Source: a virus. Taken from it: DNA of 64,000 bases. Under the pieces are notes generated by a model, which was given only the letters and a program-made list of their open reading frames with translations, was not told where the DNA came from and did no database searches. The position numbers were made by a program, and so were the translations under genes. The stretch is taken from the IMG/VR virus record IMGVR_UViG_3300048606_000054. One strand, written 5' to 3'. The number at the start of each line of letters is the position of its first letter. Within the stretch, counting starts at the first letter, position 1. Shown here one piece after another: positions 26,088-34,819 of this stretch.

Positions 26088-29000
26088 TACGCACAGCCTC
26101 CATCTGTTACGGTAAATTCTACCAAGTCACTCGAAGTATATCCGAATCCTCCGAAATTATTATTTCCAGCCGCGTTGAATGTTATGCACTGTTGGAATAT
26201 TCCATTCTTAGTCAACACCACATTTACATTGGTTATGGGGGTAATGGAACCTCCGCTTATCGCCATGTTTATAACGGTGTTGAATCCCGAATGTTCGGCT
26301 ATAAGCTGATCTCCTGGAGCTACAGGGAACGAGCTTGGGGGAACAATGGTGTATATGCCAGAAGGCGTTAAAGAATCCACTGTAGCGATTGTAGAATTAT
26401 TCCAAATTATCAATGAACCTACTCCGGGAGAAGAATCATCAATAATAGAAATAGTACATCCGTTCACAACAGGAACGCTTCCGAATACATACTTATCGGT
26501 TCCGTCAAAAACTCCATAGAATGTTCCGGTTCCTGAAGATAAAGCCACTGTGAACGCGTCGCTGGTTATCCCCTGTACTACTACTGGACTGTAGGTTCCA
26601 TCTGCCACATAGAAATTAATCTGAGCGGAAGGAGCCAGAGAAGCGGGGGCTACCACCTCTGTTCCTCCAAATGAAACAGATACATTAAAGTTTGTGGCCG
26701 CGGTATTGTTTAGAATATATGAGTTATTTGGAGGATTGATAATAAACGCGGCGGGAGATGATGCCACTCCAAAGAATCCACTACCAGCGTCACAAACGGG
26801 TTGTATGGTAGCAAAGAATGTTCCATATACTCCTGGAGGAGGCGCTATCACGATTGGATCGCCATTAGCGTAAACCTGAGTAAATGATCCTCCATTTGGA
26901 TAGCTTACATTTACTTTTACAGAATCAAGTCCAACTACAGCCGAATAGGTAACATTAATATTTGTTCCGTCATACGCCGCGCTGAATGAATTTATTCCCG
27001 TACAAGCTGGCGTGTCATATACGGATTCAGAACAAAGTCTTCCATCAGAATAAATTGGCCTAATGTAAACCCTGTATTGACCATTAGGCACTCCTGAGAT
27101 CGTGTATGGAGAATCCCCCGGAAGAATGCCAGGAATAGTGGTATAAACTGGTGTCACGGTATTGTCTATCCTCGCGTATCTTATAGTATTTGAAATTGCG
27201 TCTGGATGGGTAAATGTTACAATCAGATCCACGGTTGATCCACTTGGAGAAGCATCGTCAACTGCAACGTTAAAGATATTGTATGGCGCACACGGATTAC
27301 CTCCCGCGCACAGATTAACCATATTGCAGAAAGCGGTCAATACATCTGAATTTACGGCTCCATAAGTAAGCATTGTTAAAAACGCCTCATTGGGGGCTAT
27401 TTGAGAGCAAGCGCCTGCTTTTGTGGCCAAGAACACATCGCTAGGCTGCATGGCTACGAGTGGCAACGCTGGGAACCTCGCGAGCATTCCAGCGCAATTA
27501 ACCGGGCTTAAAGCAACTATATAATCAATTGTTTCGCACCCTCTGGCAAGCAATTGTGTGATAAACGTCGTCAATGGTGTTCCCGCGGCCACTGTTGTCG
27601 TTGTCTTTACCTGCGTGGTAGTATTTATGGAACAAATTTCATATGCCGCGGATGTTACCAGTTGACTATCATCAAAAGCGCAGATATAGTTGATAATATT
27701 CTGAACTACTTCGTTGGCACTAACGGGAACAAATCCTGTGCAATTTTTAGAAAGACCGGCCAGATAGTTAGTGGCAGATATTTTATATGATAACTGCTGA
27801 ATATCGTTGCCGTTTGCAGCAGATGAAATCAATACCGTCTGTCCGGATGGATTGGTTACTACAAATGTTCCCAGACCAAGACCATTCAAATAAACTTGTA
27901 ATCCAGCGAGATTTGTAAGATTGAATGAATAGGTTAACGGCGTAGTTACTGAGCCAATTTTAATTCCAGTTAAAAGAGCATAAGTGGTATTAACAGGAAT
28001 ATTACTTAAGGTAAGCTCATAATCACAAGTAGCAGAAGAACTAAATATGCAATCTCCATCTACAATCAGAGTGAATGCTCCTCCAGAACTTCCAATTAAA
28101 GCCTGCCAGAAGTTAAGTAAGGATGCATTATTTGCAATAGCGTTTCCAAGATCAAATCCAAACTGGGTAACATCTACAGTAAGACAATATGTTTTTGTAT
28201 AACCATCTCCACTTAAAGAAGGAGTAAAGGCAAACGCTGTTGTTTCAGCCGGAGAGCCATCACATATCTTAACAATATATTTTACATCATGTAAAAGAAA
28301 TTGAATATTGAATCCGTTTACTACAACAGAGCCGTCTATATCTCCTCCTTCTGGAACAATAGAGAAGGTATATCCATCGAATGCGGATGATCCAGTTGGA
28401 ACGATTCCAGTAGCAGCGGCGCAACAATCGCAATCAAATCCACCAATTTCTTTAATCTCATCAATTATCGCAGGCACATCAACTCCGGTTAATGGTTGCG
28501 CTATCCCTATCCACACCTGGAACATTAGCGGCGTGATAAGATTCATTTTGTTCTGCGCCTCTTGCACGTTGGTACAAGTTCCGGCAGATATACTTTCGCT
28601 TAATTTGGCAAATTCACAAACTAATGGCAACAAATCAATATTACAGAACACGCCAAAAGTGTCATTCTTTAAATATTTTATCCTTACGTGTACATCATTA
28701 CCAAAATCATAATCATATATAGATGTATACAAGAATTGGTATCCTTTACCTGAAAAGGTAATAGGAACCATTGCGGTTGAAAAATAATTTATCTGGAATG
28801 GAGCCGGAACAACACCCGTATTATCCATTGGGAAATTTACCCGCAATACAGATGATCCAACCGTTCCTTCCAGTCCTTTGTAAGAAGTATTTGTGGTATC
28901 TTGGAAAAATATCCTGGCCTGATCACATTTTGTTTGAATGGTTAACGATCCAACACCATAAGTATTCTTGGAATCTTTTGTATTTCCATTGGGGCGGCAA

Positions 29001-29341
29001 ATAGACGCTTCTTGGGTGATAGAATAAATATTACCATCACCATCCTTTACATAGGTTATTAGCTGGTATGGAGCGCCCGAAAATTCAATTTGATTGAACG
29101 GACGCGGCCAATTTGAAGAAATTACAAAATCTGACCAAATGCCGGTTATATCTGGATCGCTCTCCAATCCTTCGTGTATTATAGTAGTGGTGGGAGATTT
29201 AGCAATAAACCACCAAGTACAAGAAGCCAAATCTGTTCCTTCTGAAAGGTTTTGAAGAGTAATAAGGGGCTGCACACCGGATATGTCCCATGTCGCCAAT
29301 ATCCTTAAACTACTTATATCGTTTGATCCATTTATTGTCAC
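26087..29341 (-). CDS. Large Cys-rich structural protein (fibre hub/collar-like) with FN3/Ig-like repeats
   Basis: 1084 aa; YTISGVPNGQYRVYIRP FN3-like segment; about 28 Cys. Confidence 0.55.
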   Translation of the reverse strand: MTINGSNDISSLRILATWDISGVQPLITLQNLSEGTDLASCTWWFIAKSPTTTIIHEGLESDPDITGIWSDFVISSNWPRPFNQIEFSGAPYQLITYVKDGDGNIYSITQEASICRPNGNTKDSKNTYGVGSLTIQTKCDQARIFFQDTTNTSYKGLEGTVGSSVLRVNFPMDNTGVVPAPFQINYFSTAMVPITFSGKGYQFLYTSIYDYDFGNDVHVRIKYLKNDTFGVFCNIDLLPLVCEFAKLSESISAGTCTNVQEAQNKMNLITPLMFQVWIGIAQPLTGVDVPAIIDEIKEIGGFDCDCCAAATGIVPTGSSAFDGYTFSIVPEGGDIDGSVVVNGFNIQFLLHDVKYIVKICDGSPAETTAFAFTPSLSGDGYTKTYCLTVDVTQFGFDLGNAIANNASLLNFWQALIGSSGGAFTLIVDGDCIFSSSATCDYELTLSNIPVNTTYALLTGIKIGSVTTPLTYSFNLTNLAGLQVYLNGLGLGTFVVTNPSGQTVLISSAANGNDIQQLSYKISATNYLAGLSKNCTGFVPVSANEVVQNIINYICAFDDSQLVTSAAYEICSINTTTQVKTTTTVAAGTPLTTFITQLLARGCETIDYIVALSPVNCAGMLARFPALPLVAMQPSDVFLATKAGACSQIAPNEAFLTMLTYGAVNSDVLTAFCNMVNLCAGGNPCAPYNIFNVAVDDASPSGSTVDLIVTFTHPDAISNTIRYARIDNTVTPVYTTIPGILPGDSPYTISGVPNGQYRVYIRPIYSDGRLCSESVYDTPACTGINSFSAAYDGTNINVTYSAVVGLDSVKVNVSYPNGGSFTQVYANGDPIVIAPPPGVYGTFFATIQPVCDAGSGFFGVASSPAAFIINPPNNSYILNNTAATNFNVSVSFGGTEVVAPASLAPSAQINFYVADGTYSPVVVQGITSDAFTVALSSGTGTFYGVFDGTDKYVFGSVPVVNGCTISIIDDSSPGVGSLIIWNNSTIATVDSLTPSGIYTIVPPSSFPVAPGDQLIAEHSGFNTVINMAISGGSITPITNVNVVLTKNGIFQQCITFNAAGNNNFGGFGYTSSDLVEFTVTDGGCA

Positions 29342-30021
29342 GCTACTAGTTTTTTCTTTGTGGAAAATCTGTAATCAATAGGAGTGTTTATTATATCATC
29401 TATAGTCCAACCCAATTTTAATCTTTTATTAAAAGTACCATTACTCATGCCTATCTTTTCTGCAATTTTCTTTGCACATAAAGTTTCTCCCATATAAGTA
29501 AGCATTATGTTTGTGCTTTTATTTTGATTATTTTCTTTTGAAGTTAAGAAACAACAATAGTCTGAAGAATATAATTTTCCCGGTTTTTCTATAGATAATT
29601 TATCTTTATCTAATTGCAAACCCTTAACCCATCCATTTTTTAATGCCCAATCGGCAAACTTAGTAAAATCATTTTTCCATTCTGCACATACAAGAACGCC
29701 CTTAGCGCCATAATTTACATACTCCTTACACGTTTTACTATAGCATCTCCTAATCATGCCCTTCCAAACGTTCCAAATAGGATGGTTATATAAGCCGTGC
29801 TTTCTGAATGTATCCCCTATTATCTCTCTTTGCAAGCATCCGCAAGATTTTGACCTTCCGGAAAGAAGGGCATCTAACCTCATTTCAGTTATAATCCCGC
29901 ATTCACACAATGTTTTAATTTTTCTTCTTTTGTTGACGATGCCCAAATCCTCTATTACGGTAAGTCTGCCGTATTTATTTTGAATAATATCCACTGTTTT
30001 GTATATAAATCCAGATGCCAT
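29338..30021 (-). CDS. HNH-type homing endonuclease
   Basis: YGRLTVI...CECG...SGRSKSCGC...WKGMIRRC...YGAKGV.VC.EW...LQLDKD...Y..DYCCF. Confidence 0.8.
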   Translation of the reverse strand: MASGFIYKTVDIIQNKYGRLTVIEDLGIVNKRRKIKTLCECGIITEMRLDALLSGRSKSCGCLQREIIGDTFRKHGLYNHPIWNVWKGMIRRCYSKTCKEYVNYGAKGVLVCAEWKNDFTKFADWALKNGWVKGLQLDKDKLSIEKPGKLYSSDYCCFLTSKENNQNKSTNIMLTYMGETLCAKKIAEKIGMSNGTFNKRLKLGWTIDDIINTPIDYRFSTKKKLVA

Positions 30022-30035
30022 GTATCCTTTAAATT

Positions 30036-30070
30036 AAAAAAGGGAACAACTTTTTTTTGTTGCCCCCTTT
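30036..30070 (-). terminator. Intrinsic terminator after capsid-module genes
   Basis: GGGGGCAAC-A-rich loop-GTTGTTCCC-TTTTTT on minus strand. Confidence 0.6.
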
Positions 30071-30110
30071 GTTGATATTATTAGCCCAACGGGCAAAAAG
30101 GTTCAATTCA

Positions 30111-30806
30111 TTATGCGCTGGTTACCCTGGCGCAAAGGACATCTTCCCCGCTTCCGGCTGTAATAACTCCGATAGCTGTAGTATTCTCGTTGGCCAGCGT
30201 CCATGTAATTGCGATCTGAGGACTTCCCTGATTTGTCCAAAGGCTATTCAAAGAAATCAACAAGGCCGCTGCATTGGCTCCGCTGGCAGGGCTGAGGGCT
30301 TCGCCATTGAGGTAACCGGTAGCCGTCAACGTCCCTGTATCAGTTGGAATAGCTAAAATAAAGAAGTAGTTATTATCAGCATTAAATTCACAAGCTGTTT
30401 GACAAGGAACCAGAGCAGGAACATCCGTTGGAAGGGTAGCAGGAGTATCTGCGCAACATTCGGCATCTTGCGAAGATTGTATATAACCTGCATTAGCAGG
30501 ACTTTCACCATCAAATGTGCTAGAACCCCTTACTATCCATACATCATTTCCGAAATCAGTTACAAGTCTGAAAACATGAAAACTTTGAAGCGTTGGAGGT
30601 TCTGTGTCATCAGGAGTGGTTGGCTCATAATTAAATCCAGTCACTATGCCATAATTGGAGATAGGGACAGCCCAATAGTCTCCATCGATCCTTCCGCCTG
30701 CGCCAGGAGTAGGGATTGGCATCGTTACCCCCACTGATAAATCAGGAGTAAGGAATACGCTGTTATTGTGTTTGATTACCAGTGCTGGTATATAAGTTGC
30801 AGCCAT
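30111..30806 (-). CDS. Putative auxiliary capsid/decoration protein
   Basis: Two genes downstream of MCP; beta-rich, P/T/G-rich. Confidence 0.4.
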   Translation of the reverse strand: MAATYIPALVIKHNNSVFLTPDLSVGVTMPIPTPGAGGRIDGDYWAVPISNYGIVTGFNYEPTTPDDTEPPTLQSFHVFRLVTDFGNDVWIVRGSSTFDGESPANAGYIQSSQDAECCADTPATLPTDVPALVPCQTACEFNADNNYFFILAIPTDTGTLTATGYLNGEALSPASGANAAALLISLNSLWTNQGSPQIAITWTLANENTTAIGVITAGSGEDVLCARVTSA

Positions 30807-30833
30807 TTTTAACTATTTAAACTGTAAATGTTT

Positions 30834-31745
30834 TTATTTAATTGGGCCAAATTCTTTTTCTTTTGCCATTTCCAATTTTGCTCTCAGTTTCGTCAGAGCC
30901 GGTGTCCCTTCCTGTGTTCCAAGCCACGCTCCAAACTTTTCTATTTTAACATCTGGCTTAAGTTTATCGTTACCCAGATTTAAAAGTATTTCCTGTTCGT
31001 CGGTATATTGAACTGTGTTCCCGTCAAACTTTATCACGTTCATTTCAAGAGCGTGAGATATTTCGGTAATAATCGTTTGCTCTGTTTTTTCAACTATCTC
31101 TATGAACTCTTTAGGGTTTTGAATGGCGACATTCATTAACTTAATCAACTTCGTTTCCGGGCTTTGATCCCACACTCCAACCAATTTGCAGATGGAGTCA
31201 ATTCGGTCTTCATCGTATTTGTAAGGATTTGTCTTATTCCCTGTTGTTTTACGGAGAGAGTAAACAATCAACTTTGCGTTGGTGGTCAGTTCGTCATTAT
31301 CCAAAAACTCTGCGGCCTTTTCATTCATCTTTACTTCGCGGTATCTGGCATCTGCCGAATCCGGGCGATCAGGATTATCTAGGTTAAAGAACGAATCTTT
31401 AAGATAATCATAAAGGCCAATGTCATTCCCCTCTCTTACCACGGTTGCAAAACCATTGGCCATAGGAATTTTATCCATCATCCTCTTTGGAGAAAAACCC
31501 CTTTTTATCTGCTCTTCGGGCAAAATAGAATCACACCCATTTATGTATCTTATCTCAATAAAATGCTTGATTCCCTTTTCATCAGTTTCGCAAGCCTTTC
31601 CCTGAGCAGAAATCCACTGAATAGTAGGCGCAGTTAGCTCCTGCTGATACTGTGTGCCTCCAGTTCCATCTAAAATGAACCCGCTTGGCTTTTTATCCAC
31701 TATCTCGTAATACTTAACCGGAGCTTTTTCTTTTTTAACTGCCAT
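30834..31745 (-). CDS. Conserved head-module protein downstream of MCP
   Basis: 303 aa, charged; position matches the post-MCP gene of crAss-like phages. Confidence 0.45.
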   Translation of the reverse strand: MAVKKEKAPVKYYEIVDKKPSGFILDGTGGTQYQQELTAPTIQWISAQGKACETDEKGIKHFIEIRYINGCDSILPEEQIKRGFSPKRMMDKIPMANGFATVVREGNDIGLYDYLKDSFFNLDNPDRPDSADARYREVKMNEKAAEFLDNDELTTNAKLIVYSLRKTTGNKTNPYKYDEDRIDSICKLVGVWDQSPETKLIKLMNVAIQNPKEFIEIVEKTEQTIITEISHALEMNVIKFDGNTVQYTDEQEILLNLGNDKLKPDVKIEKFGAWLGTQEGTPALTKLRAKLEMAKEKEFGPIK

Positions 31746-31748
31746 AAA

Positions 31749-33269
31749 TTATGCTGCTTTTACAGGGTTCGCGAGCACCCATTGATTAGGACAATGTACA
31801 GCCATGCCCAGGCTTTGCGCGGCCCATCCACCAATATCATTACAACCATCAACCTTACGATAGTCGATGTAATGTTCTTCGTAATTACCTGTCCACTGGC
31901 CATTGCCATAAGTGTAAAATTCAACAGGATTCAAAGAACGGCCATTTTCTGTGATGCCATCCTGTGGCATGAATATTCCAAGGTTGCTGAAGTAATCGCT
32001 ACCGATATAACGGTAATCAGACCAGCTATCCATCAGTTTGAAATCCAGGTTGAAGCCGCCGTATTTGTAGCCATCAATACCCAGTTTAACTATCTCTGTT
32101 TCGTATGGGCTTTCTGTGAGCGATCCGAGGCGCTTGTACGCTTCCCAGATAGTTGCTCCCACTTGTTGACGGGCAACCAATTTATTTGTACGATCAATGA
32201 GGTTAGCGCGGAAAAGCTGACCATGCATGACCATGAATTTCTTTGTTCTCTTGCGGCTGTCTTGGTAAAGCAGGATTGGTTCTGCATCTGCTTCCAAGTC
32301 AAAGCCAAGGTCGCTGCGGAAGTCATACACATTGCCCCCACCATATTTCAAGGTAGGCAATAGTCCGTAGAACCCGGTATGATTACTATCCACTGTAGCT
32401 CCTACACCGCTTATCAATGAAGCGTTTGTAACAGGAGTACCTATAAAGGCGATCATGTTAAGTGTTGCCCGGATGCCTTCACGCATATCGTTCATTTCCT
32501 TCAAATTCCATGCATCCATAGGATTACCTTGGGAATCATAAACGATAGTGAACTGGAATTTATCCTGGTATCCTGTAAGAAGATCAACGCAAATTTTCCA
32601 ATCCCTTCTTACGCGGATAGGATTCACTTCCTGGCTGTAGCCAATAGAAGTGAGTGAGTTTGTAACCTGAGTACAGTTACAACCACCAACCAAACGAGCC
32701 GTACCAATGAGGTAAGCCTGATTAGCTTTAATACTCACTGTTGTAGTTTCATCCAATGGAGTAACTTCAAAACGGTGAGCGTATGGAGTAGTGGTGTCAA
32801 CATCCGTAATCTGATATTGAACCTGGTTGTCTTTATCAAAGAAGGAGAATCCAATCGCGGGAAGACTAAAGTTTCCGCCTGCACCATGATTTGCTTTTAG
32901 CAATTGAACCCATGCAGGTTGGCCAGGGCCAGGGCCGGTAACAGAAGCGGCAGCGTACACGTTCCAATCAGGATCACACACATAATGGTTGAACCATCTT
33001 TTTGTTTCCACCATTGTTGGAGAACTCATGGGGAACATATCCTCCATAAAAGTCAAATCGATTGGCGAACCGCCGCAACGAATTTGCTTATGGATCATGT
33101 TCTTTACTAGCAGTGTGCCTAAATTAGGATCGCCGCACAGCGCAAAATTATTTGGGTCTGCGTTTAGGCTCAAATTCATGTTTATAACTGGCAGCGAAAG
33201 AGTTTCCGCTGTGGTTAAATTCTTTTGGCAGAATTGAGGCTGATTGGTAAACAATTGTACATCCGGCAT
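31749..33269 (-). CDS. Major capsid protein (crAss-like, HK97 fold)
   Basis: 506 aa; downstream of portal and acidic scaffold-like gene; GLLPTL...G.DGYKYGGFNLDFK pattern. Confidence 0.75.
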   Translation of the reverse strand: MPDVQLFTNQPQFCQKNLTTAETLSLPVINMNLSLNADPNNFALCGDPNLGTLLVKNMIHKQIRCGGSPIDLTFMEDMFPMSSPTMVETKRWFNHYVCDPDWNVYAAASVTGPGPGQPAWVQLLKANHGAGGNFSLPAIGFSFFDKDNQVQYQITDVDTTTPYAHRFEVTPLDETTTVSIKANQAYLIGTARLVGGCNCTQVTNSLTSIGYSQEVNPIRVRRDWKICVDLLTGYQDKFQFTIVYDSQGNPMDAWNLKEMNDMREGIRATLNMIAFIGTPVTNASLISGVGATVDSNHTGFYGLLPTLKYGGGNVYDFRSDLGFDLEADAEPILLYQDSRKRTKKFMVMHGQLFRANLIDRTNKLVARQQVGATIWEAYKRLGSLTESPYETEIVKLGIDGYKYGGFNLDFKLMDSWSDYRYIGSDYFSNLGIFMPQDGITENGRSLNPVEFYTYGNGQWTGNYEEHYIDYRKVDGCNDIGGWAAQSLGMAVHCPNQWVLANPVKAA

Positions 33270-33291
33270 GGTAATGCTATTTTAAAATAAT

Positions 33292-34407
33292 TTAATTAGC
33301 TGTAGTCTTAACTTCGGGTTTAAAAAATTTTAAAGCTGTTTTTTGGGCTTCAGTAAGATTTTCGTAAGGATCGGCCTGATTTTCAATCTTACCCCCTTCT
33401 GGTATCCCCCTAACTCCTTTTTCATGTTTGGCTCTGTATAACTTTGCAGCTTCATGGGCCAAAGCAGGGTAATTTTGGGTTATAACCATATTGGTAGCTA
33501 TCTGCGCAATTTCTTCTTTCTTATACCCATTTAAAATCTGGGAAGTAACAAAATCTTTATCAAGAAGAATTTCTTTTATGGAATCTCTCATCTCTTGGGG
33601 AACCGGAACTGTATATTTTTCATCTGTTCCAAAAGGGAAATCTACACTGGCAAGACCAGTCACAATTTCATCTACTTCCTTTTTGTAAACAGGGGCGGTC
33701 TCCAGAATTTTTTGCTTGTTGGCGGCCTGTTGATTTGTTTCAGACTCGTGCCTTCCATACTCACTTTCCAAATTGTATATCGGGGCGTATGTGCTTTTGA
33801 GAATGGTGTCTGCAATGATGGTTAATTGTTTTTGACCCCTTTTAAACTTGGAAGAGCTTTGATCCAGGTTCAATCCAAATTTTTCATCGAACTCTTCCTT
33901 GAACTCTCTTTCTTTATCTTCATCCCATGCCGGGTCTTCCTTTTTTGCCTCTTGGAGTTCAGCGGCATACACAAGGCTAATTGGGTCTTTGCTATCAGCA
34001 ATAAAATTTTCGAATTGTTTTTTATTGAAAAGCCCCTTTTGTAGACCAAAGCTCAATTTGTCGGCTTCTCTTTTTTCCGCCAGCTTTTCTTTATCAATTT
34101 CTTCGGGCTTGGGCTTTAATTCATCGAAAGATGATATTTTCCTACCTGATCTTTTAGAAATGGCTTCCAATAGCTGCTCATCGGTCGGCTCGGCAATAAC
34201 GACTGGAGGTTGGTTTTTATTCTTATCTTCTTCTTCTTCGAGCCTTAATCTTTCCTTTTCTTGCTCTTGTGCCAAAACTTTATCTGCCTCTTCTTTTTCG
34301 GCTGCAATTTCTGCCGGGGTCTTAACTGGATCGGGCCCAATTTCTTCCCCTTTAAATCTGGCGATTGCCGCTTTTTTTTCTGGGGATAATTGTACCTGAT
34401 CTGGCAT
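33292..34407 (-). CDS. Acidic helical scaffolding-like protein
   Basis: E/K-rich coiled coils, between portal and MCP. Confidence 0.55.
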   Translation of the reverse strand: MPDQVQLSPEKKAAIARFKGEEIGPDPVKTPAEIAAEKEEADKVLAQEQEKERLRLEEEEDKNKNQPPVVIAEPTDEQLLEAISKRSGRKISSFDELKPKPEEIDKEKLAEKREADKLSFGLQKGLFNKKQFENFIADSKDPISLVYAAELQEAKKEDPAWDEDKEREFKEEFDEKFGLNLDQSSSKFKRGQKQLTIIADTILKSTYAPIYNLESEYGRHESETNQQAANKQKILETAPVYKKEVDEIVTGLASVDFPFGTDEKYTVPVPQEMRDSIKEILLDKDFVTSQILNGYKKEEIAQIATNMVITQNYPALAHEAAKLYRAKHEKGVRGIPEGGKIENQADPYENLTEAQKTALKFFKPEVKTTAN

Positions 34408-34441
34408 TAATGAGTTTTAAGTAGCGTAAAAATAGTTTTGC

Positions 34442-34473
34442 TTTGGAATATTTAATCACAAGCACTAACTTCG
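34442..34473 (+). promoter_or_regulatory. Bacteroidota-type promoter for the inverted RHH gene
   Basis: TTTG-N20-TAACTTCG, 28 nt before ATG 34502. Confidence 0.5.
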
Positions 34474-34501
34474 TTACATAGAAATATGTACAAATCGGCC
34501 T

Positions 34502-34819
34502 ATGGCAATCCCCAAAAATCCTAGAATAACAATAAATAAGACTACAGCGGAATGGGATTACATATCTTCCAAATTAAAAGAATTGAAGAGAAAGAAAATA
34601 GAAACCTATCTAAATGGTGAAGTGGAAAAACTAATTAAGGCTTTCATGGAAAACCCCAATTCGGTTATTTTTTCTTCTGGAAAAAAAAAAGAGATTCAGT
34701 TTAGGATAGAGCCGCACACCTGCGTAATATTAAAGCAAATATCACAAAAGATGAATAAGCCAGTAAATGCAATCGTGGACGACTTTATAATTACTCCGCT
34801 TCTGAGCATTAAACCTTAA
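34502..34819 (+). CDS. Tandem ribbon-helix-helix DNA-binding protein (opposite strand)
   Basis: PRITINKT-helix-helix and KKEIQFRIEPHTCVILKQISQKMNKPVNAIVDDFI; fills the only gap, has its own promoter. Confidence 0.55.
   Translation: MAIPKNPRITINKTTAEWDYISSKLKELKRKKIETYLNGEVEKLIKAFMENPNSVIFSSGKKKEIQFRIEPHTCVILKQISQKMNKPVNAIVDDFIITPLLSIKP

Noticed and set aside
19374-29341. Diversity-generating retroelement acting on fibre genes
   Set aside because: No reverse transcriptase in the window and no template/variable repeat pair differing at adenines was seen
29338-30110. Group I intron around the HNH gene
   Set aside because: Flanking genes are complete with their own starts and stops, the gap holds a terminator, and no intron core elements were recognisable
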